NCBI RefSeq assembly: GCF_009914755.1
Contig: NC_060930.1
Length of the DNA: 64,000 nucleotides
Direction: 5' to 3' (one strand)
Origin: the human T2T-CHM13v2.0 reference genome, Homo sapiens
The notes beneath the pieces were generated by a model. It saw nothing but the letters and a program-made list of their open reading frames with translations. It was not told the origin of the DNA and searched no databases. Position 1 is the stretch's first letter. Each line of letters starts with the position of its first letter. Both the position numbers and the translations under genes were made by a program. Positions 1-64,000 of this stretch are shown one piece after another.

Positions 1-279
1 CCTTGGTGCTGTCCTCATGACAGTGAGTGAATTCTCATGAGATCTGGTTGTTTCAAAGTTTCTGGTTGTTTCACTCTCACCGTCTTGCTCCTGCTTTTGC
101 TGTGAGATATGCTTGCTCCCACTTCACCTTCTGCCGTGAGTGAAAGCTTTTTGAGGCCTCCCCAGAAGCCGAGCTATGCTTCCTGTACAACCTGCAGAAC
201 TGTGAGCCAGTTAAACTTCTTTTCTTTATAAATTACCCAGTCTCAGGTATTTATAGCAGTGCAAAAACAACCTAATACA
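1..279 (+). mobile_element. MaLR LTR (MST/THE1-type), 3' part
   Basis: Typical MaLR 3' end: cctgcagaactgtgagccagttaaac...tttataaattacccagtctcaggtat...ctaataca. Confidence 0.85.
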
Positions 280-3200
280 GACTGCTTGGGACTGGGCTGG
301 CTTTTTTGGCCTGCTGCCAGCGATGGGCCACAGGTGGGAGACTCACTGAGTTAAGGGCATTAGAACTTGGTGGGTCCTGCTATTGCCTGCTATGCTGTGG
401 AGCTCAGGCTGCACCTCTTTTTACCATGTGGGCTCTTTGATGTGGTAGAGGCGCCTCTGTCCCTCCCCAGAATGTTGCCCTGGAGGCCCGCTGATCACCG
501 TTGGGGCCAGTGCTTGTCTCAGCTGTTGGAGAGCCTGAATATGTGCTTGCCTGACCCAGCTCCACCCAGCTTTCCTTCCTCAATCTGCCTTGCTGGCAGA
601 ACACAAGACAGTGATGCTTAGGTGTCCCATGGCCCCACCCATTGTCTGGGACATGGGAGTAGCCTCCTCGTTAACAAAAGCCAAGCATAAATCCTGTTGC
701 CACCACTGCAGCTGCCTCTTTCCTGCAAGTACCACTTCCTGGCCAGGAGATGAACTTGCGTAGCCCATCTGCTGAGACAAGTGCACAATTGCACAGTGCT
801 ACGGCAGGAGACAAGCTTTCCATGACCTCAGTTACCATCATCCCTCACCACACCCTGGCTACTCAGAAGGCCCTGAGCCTGCTCACCAGCCTGGTATATT
901 ACTACTACAACTGATGTTTGAGAAAGTCACCACACAAAGCCTATCTATAACCAAGGAATTCATACAGTCTTTGACGCTGAAAGCGTCCAGAAGCAAAGCC
1001 AAATAAAACTATGCAACATACATTATAGTCACATTCTCAGGGCGGGGGGAACCCTCTAGTCAAAGCAAAAGTAAATTCAAACCAAAAAGTGACAGTTTCT
1101 CTAGATGAGAAGGAAGCAGGGTAACAATTCTGGAAATATGAAAAAGCAGGGTGTTATAGCACCCTGAAGGATCATATTAATCTTCCAGAAACAGATCCTA
1201 ACCAAAGTGAAATGCTTGAAATACTAGTTAAAGAATTCAAAATATTAATTTTAAAGAAGCTTAATGAGATACATGAGAAAGTTGAAAACCAATACAAAGA
1301 GATCAGAATATCAATCCAGGATATAAATGAGAAATTTACCAAAGAGATGTTTTAAAAAAATCAAGTAGAATTTCTAGAAATGAAAAATTTATTATAGGAA
1401 TTATAAAATTGAGTTGAAAGTTTCAACCATAGACTAGACGAAGCAGAAGGAAGAATCTCAGAACTTGAAGACAGGTCTTTTGGATTAATCCAATCAGGCA
1501 AAAACAAAGATTCAAAGGAAATGAACGAAGTGTTTGAGAAACGTGGGACTACATGAAACATCCAAACCTATAAAGCATAGATATTACTAAGGGAGAAGAA
1601 CAAACAAAATCTGGAAAATGTATTTGAGGACATAATTGATGTAAACTTCTTTAGTTTAGCAGGAGATCTAGACCTCCAAATATAGGAAGCTCAAAAAATT
1701 CTAAGGAAATATGTTGCAAGGAGGACTTCACCACAACATATAGCCATGAGACTGTATGAGGTCAACATGAAGGAAAAAATCCTATCCACGAGAAAAGTAT
1801 CTAATCACCTATAAAGAAAATCCCATCAAACTAATAGGGGACTTCTCAGGAGAAACTTAAGAGCCAGAGAGATTGGGTTTCTCTTTTCAAGGTGCTTAAG
1901 GAAAAAAAATCTGTCAACCCTGAATTTTGTATCCTGCCAGAATAAGTTTCATGTATGAAGGAAAAATAAAGTCTTTCTCAGACATGCAAATGCTGAGGGA
2001 ATTTGTCAGTACTAGATGGACCATACAATTAATGCCCAAAGGAGGTCTATACAGGGAAACAAAAGTTTGATACTTGCTATCATAAAAACACACAAAAGTA
2101 TAAACACTCTTATAAAACAATTATTCAAACAAGACCACAAAGCAACTAGGAAACAGTTAGCATTATGACAGGAATAAAACCTCACATATTAATATTAACT
2201 TTGAATGTGCATGGATTAAATGCTCCACATAAAAGATACAGATTGGGAGAATGGATTTAAAAAATAAAAGACAGAATCCACCCATATGCTGCTTACAAGA
2301 AAGCCAGAACTAATTGGTAAAGACATACACTGAAGCTAAAGGGATGGAAAAAGATATTCCAGGCAAATGGAAATCAAAAGCAAGCAGGAAGACCCACCTA
2401 TACTTAGATAAAACTGACTTTAAATCAACAACAGTAAAAAAAAAGGAAAAAGATGGTCATTATATGATAAAAAGATTATTCAACAAGATGTAACAATCTT
2501 AAATATGTATGCATGCAACTCTAGAGCACAAGATTCATAAAACAACTGCTGGTAGACTTCAGAAAAGAAATGGACAGCAATGCAATAATAGAATTCAATC
2601 ACTGAGAAAGAAAATCAACAAACACGGCACATAAATTGGATTCAGGACCACGTAGACCTAACAGATATTTATAGAACATTCTCCCCACAGCCGCAGAACA
2701 TATATTCTTCTCATCAGTGCATGGAACGTTTTTCGAGATGGACTATATGTCATACCAAAAAACAAGTCTCAATAAATTGAAAAAAACCAAAATGATACCA
2801 AGTATCTTCTCAGACCACAGTGGAATGAAACTAGAAATCAATTCACAGAGAAACTCTCATAACTATACAAATAATTGGAAATTAAATAGCCTGCTTCTGA
2901 ATGAATTTTGAGTCAACAATGTAGTTAAGATGGAAATTAAAAAAAAATTGAAACAAATGAAAGTGGATACACAGCATAAAACCTGCGGGATACAGCAAAA
3001 GCAGGGCTAAGTGGGAAGTTTATAGTGTTAAATGCCTACATCAAAAATAGAGATCACAAATTAACAACCTAATATCACACTTCAAGGAACTAGAAAAAAA
3101 AGAAAAAACCAAATTGAAACCTAGCAGAACAGAAGTAACAAATACCAGAGCAGAACTAAATGAAATGGAGACCAAAAAATGCAGTACAAAGGATAAAAAA

Positions 3201-5430
3201 AATGAGAAGTTGGTTCTTTGGAAAGATAATATTCATAGACTGTTGGTCAGATTAACCAGAAGAGAGAGGATTCAATCAGAAATAAGAAAGTAGACATTAC
3301 AGCTGATACCACAAAAAAGATCATAAGAGACTTCTGTGAACATCTGTGTACTCACAACTGAGAAAATTTAGAGGAAATGTGTACATTTCTGGAAACATTC
3401 AAGTTCCTGAGATTCAACCAGGAAGAAATAGAAATTCCAAAAAGACCAATAACAAGTATTGGGATTGAATCAGTAATTTAAGAAAAACAAAACAAACAAA
3501 ACAAAACAAAACAAAAACCTCCCAACAAAAAAAGCTCAGGACCAGACAGATTGACAGCTGAATTCTCCCAGAGGCACAGGGAAGAACTAGCACAAATCCT
3601 ACTGAAACTGTTACCAAAAATCAGAGGAGGGAATCCTCCCTAACTCATTATTTGAAGCCAATATTATCCTGATAACCAAAGCCAAACAAGCACACAACAA
3701 AGAAAGAAAACTAGAGGCCAATATCTATGATAAACAGATTCAAAAATCTCAACAAAATACTAGCAAACTGAATGTAACAGCACTTCAGAAAAATAATACA
3801 TCACGATCAAGTGGGTTTTATTCCAGGGTTGCAAGGATGGTTCAGTGTATGCAAATCAATAAATGTGATTCACCATTTAAACAATTTAAAAAAAAGTCTG
3901 ACCATCTCAGGAGATACAGAAAAAGCATTTGATGAAATTCAACATCCCTTAATGAAAAGACAACACTCAAAAAATATTAGAAGGGACATACCTCAGAATA
4001 ATAAAAGGCATATACGACAGAACCACAGCCAGCATCGTACTGAACAGGGAAAAGTTGAAAGCATTTCCCCTAAGAAGTGGAACAAGACAATGATGCCCAC
4101 TTTTTCATCTCTCCTATTCAACATAGTACTGGAAGTCCTACCTGGGGCAGTCAGGCAAGAGAAAGAAAACGCATCCAGATCAGAAAAGAGACAGTCAACG
4201 TGTCTCTGTGTGCTGATGATATGATCTTATACCTAGAAAACTCTAAAGTTTCCTCCAAAAGTCTCTTAGATTTGATACGTGAATTCAGTAGTTTCAGGAT
4301 ACAGAGTCATTGTACAAGAATCAATAACATTTCTACACACCAGTAATGATCAAGCTGAGAATCAAATCAAGAAGTCAATCCCATTTATAATCACTAAAAA
4401 AAAAAAACCCACTAGAAATACATTTAGCCAAGGAGGTGAAAAATCTCTACAAGGAAAACTGTAAAACACTGATGAAAGAAATTGTAGATAGCAGAAGTGG
4501 GAAAACATCCCATGTTCATGAATTGGAAGAATCAATATCATTAAAATGATTATATTGCCCGAAACAATCCACAGATTCAATGCAATTCCTATCAAAATGC
4601 CAACGTCATTTTTTATGGAATTAGAAAAAGTCCTAAAATTCATGTGGTCCCCCAAAAAATCTTAATAGCCAAACCAATCTTAAGGAAAATGAACAAAGCT
4701 AGAGGCATCACAATACCCACCTACAGATTTTACTGGAGGGCTATAGTAATCAAAACAGCTAGTACTGATAGAAAAATAGACACACAGATTAATGGAACAG
4801 AATAGAAAACCCAGAGTCAAAGCTGCATACTTACAACCAACTGATCTTTGACACAGTTGACAAAAACATACACTGGGGAAAGGACACCCTATTTAGTAAA
4901 TGGTTCTGGGAAAACTGGACAGCCATATGCGGAAGAATGAAACTGGACCCCTATCTCTTACCACATATAAAAATTAACTCAGGTCGGATTAGCGACTTGA
5001 ATGTAAGGCCTGCCTGAAACTATAAAATTCCCAGAAGAAAACCCAGGAAAAGCTCTCTCGGATCTTCGCCTAGGCAAAGAATTCATGACTAAGACTTCAA
5101 AAGCAAATGCAACAAAAATAAAAATAGAGAAATGGGACTTTATTAAACTTAAAAACTTCTGCACAGCAAAATACATAGTCAGCAGAGTGAACAGACAACA
5201 TACAAAATGGCCAAAAGTGTTTTTAAACTCTACATTCAACAAAGGATTGATATTCAGAATCTACAAAGAATGCAGACAACTCAACAAGAAAAACCACAAT
5301 CCCTTTAAGAAGTGAGCAAAGGACGTGAACAAACATTTCTCTAAAGAAGACATACAAATGGCCAAGAATCTCCTAAACATACTCCACATCACTAATCATC
5401 AGAGAAATATACAAATTATTATAAAACCAC

Positions 5431-5850
5431 ATGGAATACTATGCAGCCATAAAAATGATGAGTTCATGTCCTTTGTAGGGACATGAATGAAACTGGAAAC
5501 CATCATTCTCAGCAAACTGTCGCAAGGATAAAAAACCAAACATCGTATGTTCTCACTCATAGGTGGGAATTGAACAATGAGAACACATGGACACAGGAAG
5601 GGGAACATCACACACCTGGGACTGTTGTGGGGTGGGGGGCGGGGGGAGGGATAGCATTAGGAGATATACCTAATGCTAAATGACGAGTTAATGGGTTCAG
5701 CACACCAACATGGCACATGTATACATATGTAACAAACCTGCACGTTGTGCACATGTACCCTAAAACTTAAAGTGTAATAATAATAAAATTAAAAAAAAAA
5801 GTTTAGGAAAAAAAAAATAAACTGCATATATGGAACGTAATAAAAAAAAA
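5431..5850 (+). mobile_element. 5'-truncated young L1PA (L1PA3-like) inserted in the older L1
   Basis: ORF2 end and 3' UTR (cctaatgctaaatgacgagttaatggg...accctaaaacttaaag) followed by poly(A). The host L1 resumes at ccacaatgagataccatc. Confidence 0.88.
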
Positions 5851-6198
5851 CCCCACAATGAGATACCATCTTATACCAGTCAAAAATGGCAATTATTAAA
5901 AAGTCAAAAAACAACAGATGTTGGCAGAGTTGCAGAAAAAAAAGAGAACACTTATACACCATTGGTGGGAATGTAAATTAGAATGACCTTTATGGAAAAT
6001 AGTATGGAAATTAATCAAAGAACTAAAAATAGAACTACCATTTGACCCAGCAATCTCACTACTGGGTATCTACACAAAGTAAAAGAAATCTGTCTGTCAA
6101 AGAGATACGTGCACTCGTCTGTTTATTGTGGCACTATTCACAGTAGCAAAGATACGGAATAAACGTTAAGTGCCCACCAACGGATGACTAGGTAAAGA

Positions 6199-6226
<28 letters not shown>
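6199..6226. repeat. (AC)n microsatellite
   Basis: About 14 AC units inside the L1 3' region. Confidence 0.95.
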
Positions 6227-6229
<3 letters not shown>

Positions 6230-6774
6230 TATCATGGAATACCACTCAGCCGTAAGGCAGAATGAAATCCTATGTTTTGGAGTAATATTGGTGGAACTTG
6301 AGGCCATTATCTTGAGTGAAATAACTTAGTCAGACACCACATATTCTCACTTATAAGTGGGAACTAAATAATACATACACATGGACATAGAGACTGGAAT
6401 AATAAATATTGGAGCTTCAGAAAGGTGAGAGGGTGGGAGGGCAGTGAGGGTTGAGAAATGAGAAATTTCCTAATGGGTACAATGTACAGTATTCCAGTGC
6501 TGGTTACACTAAAAGCACAGACCTCACCACTGTGCAATATCCATGTAATACAACTGCACTCGGTCCTCCTAAATCTAAATAAAACAAACAAAGAGGCACC
6601 CCCTTAAAGCTCAGGGTCTTGCCAACTCTAACAGTGGGGTTTCTTGATGTTTTTTAAAATAAAAAGACCATTAGTTCATAGGTATGAGAGACTGTCATAA
6701 ATTAAAACCAAGTAAGGATGGATTGAAATACCCACAGGAGGAACTCATCTTCACAGTTTATGGAACAAATATAG

Positions 6775-8540
6775 AACAAATATTTACTGAGCTCCCACTA
6801 TGTTGTAGGCATCATCTTTAGCCTGCAGTGACAAACCCTTGACCTCAAGGAGCCCCTATTATAGTGGGGGGAAAATGACAAAAGTCAACAGATGGCAGTA
6901 CCTAGTATCATACATCACAGTGCTGTGAACAAAAGTGAGGCTGAGTATGGGAGACAGAGAGAGGTAGAGAGTGCTGTTTTAGGTAAAGGTGTCAGAAGAG
7001 GCCTTACTAAGGGCGATGTTTCATCAGAGACCTGAATGAAGTGAGGGAAAGAGCCATGTGTATATTTGGGTAAGCACATCTCAGGTAGAGAGGACTTTTG
7101 AGTTTCAGGAGGGTAGAATTGCATCAAGAGGTGAGTGTGGCTGCGTTGAGTGAGGAGAGTGGTAGGTTAGGGCGGTGTCATGAAGGAGTTGGAATTTCCT
7201 TCTCAGTGTAATGGGAAGCTGCTTTGAACAGGGAGAGGTGTGGCCTGATTTAATTCTGAAGTGCTAATCCTGTGCTTGTGGAGACATGGGCTGAGGTAGT
7301 AGGGCACTGAAGCTGGAATTGGGGGGCCAGTTAAGATACTATTGCAGGCAAGAGATTATGGTGGCTTGGACAGGGTGGCGATGGTGGAGGTGATAAGTAG
7401 GGAGTGGATCCAGGGTTTAGTCTGAAGGGAGAGCTGGCAGGACTTGCCGATGGTTGGATGTAGACGTGAGAGAACTTGGCGGTGGGGCAGGGGGACCTTA
7501 AGGTTTTGGCTCAAGCAACTGGTTGAATGATGGTGCCATTTGTTGAGATGAGGAACACTGGGGTAACAGTAGGTTTTGGGGGAGAAATCAAAGGCTCATT
7601 TTAAATTTAAATACATGAAATTTGAGATGGTTTTGTGTATCCAAGTGATGATGATAAACAACAGCAATAAATAACACTTATGCCAACCTGCCAGGAGCTG
7701 TACCCCAAGCTTCACATACATTAGTTCACTCAGGCCTTACAGCAGCCCCATGAAGGAATAACTGTCATTATTCCAGTATGGCACGTGGGGAAGCTGAGGC
7801 ATGGAGGTTAACTTCATTCATGGTCATGCAAAGTGTTCATGCCAGAGGTTGAACCCCAAGTGTTCTGCTTCGAGTCTGTGCTTATAAACGTAGCTTCTGC
7901 TATTGTTGGCTGTGTAAGCCTGCAGTTCTGTGGAAAGGTCAAGGCTAGAGACATGAATTTGGGAGTCTTTGGCAGACATTTATAACCATGCACGAGGTCA
8001 CCAAGGGATTGGGTGTAGACAGGAAAGAGGGCTGCTCAGTAAGCTGTGGCACACCTCTGGATTGAGAGTCAGTTAGAGGGAAGGTGAGAAGTGTTTCCAG
8101 GAGGCTGAAAAAGAGCTGGAAGTGGGGCAGAAGAAAACCAGGAGCCTGTGGATGCAAGCCACAGGAGAAGGGGTTTCATGAGGTGGAGAATGATCAGTAG
8201 CATCCAGTGCCACAAGAGACCATGTAACGGGAAGGCTAGGACACGAGCACTGGATGTGTCAGCAGAGATGTTGTGGGTGAGCTGGTAAGCGGGGTTTTGC
8301 TGGAGTGGGAGGCAGCAAGCTGATGGGACTGTGTTCAAGAGAGAATGGAAGGCAGGAAGAGGAGAAGACGTGTAGGGACAATTGAAGAAATTTTGCTCTA
8401 AGTTGCAGAGACATGAGATGATAGCTAGGGGAATGTAGGGACCAGGAAGGACGTTTGTGAGGTGGTAGATCTCATGGCATGCTGACGGAAACGATCCAGT
8501 GGAGAGGGAAAACCTGGTGATGTAAAGTGAGAGGAGATGA
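6775..8540 (-). mobile_element. L2 fragments with an embedded MIR (about 7670-7900)
   Basis: Reverse-complement L2 3' end (caaatatttactgagctcccactatg) followed by purine-rich L2 body; MIR-core-like ggggaagctgaggcatggaggttaac. Confidence 0.65.
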
Positions 8541-8756
8541 TTGCACAACAGTCCTCATGTAAGAGAGAAGAGATACCGAAAAGAACGCAGAGGAGCCAAG
8601 ACGTTTATTGACCTTTGCCTGAGTTCGTTATTAGGGGACACCATAGCATGATAGTCCCTAAGGAATGGAGAGCAGTGTTGTGTGACATTGGTCATAAGCT
8701 TTTCTGATTGACCAAGATGTATACTGAAGACTCACTTTTTTCTTCCTCCCTTCCAG

Positions 8757-63946
<55,190 letters not shown>

Positions 63947-64000
63947 GTAAATATTTGCAATGAGGTAAATAAACTTCAAGCTCATAGTAAACTAGAAATT

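Larger units (their letters stand above)
280..6592 (+). mobile_element. Near-full-length decayed LINE-1 (L1PB-like), sense to IGF2R, in intron 4
   Basis: ORF1-like (about 1100-2100) and ORF2-like fragments (endonuclease SDHSGMKLEIN, RT GFIPGLQGWF / LCADDMILYL, C-terminal MTKTSKANATK) with stops and frameshifts. The 3' UTR is L1PB-type and ends ctaaatctaaataaaa. The 5' boundary is approximate. Confidence 0.9.

Noticed and set aside
1100-5400. L1 ORF1/ORF2 as an active retrotransposon
   Set aside because: Many stops and frameshifts, plus a nested insertion.
1-8756. Imprinting control region (DMR2) or AIRN antisense promoter
   Set aside because: These lie in intron 2 by recall. The window starts in intron 4 and shows no CpG island.

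Overview
This is human (primate) genomic DNA from inside IGF2R, the cation-independent mannose-6-phosphate/IGF-II receptor. I traced 34 consecutive coding exons on the + strand (8757-63946), which by recalled numbering are exons 5-38 (about c.514-5686, aa 172-1896). They join into one uninterrupted reading frame of cysteine-rich MRH repeats that includes the M6P-binding arginines R426 and R1325 and the IGF-II-binding domain 11. One intron has a GC-AG boundary. The introns hold a near-full-length sense L1PB-type element, younger L1PA fragments, Alus, L2/MIR, MaLR and ERV1 LTRs, Tigger elements and several mini/microsatellites. The most unusual signal is repeated duplication of the gene's own splice sites. 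A 60-bp minisatellite begins inside exon 30 and places seven identical, in-frame 5' splice sites in an array whose frame stays open to an intronic stop, with an AATAAA further downstream. Exon 32 has a duplicated donor 35 nt downstream that would create a premature stop early in the IGF-II-binding domain. The exon 8 acceptor region is duplicated into intron 9. Exon numbers, residue numbers and repeat subfamily names come from recall and were not checked by database search.
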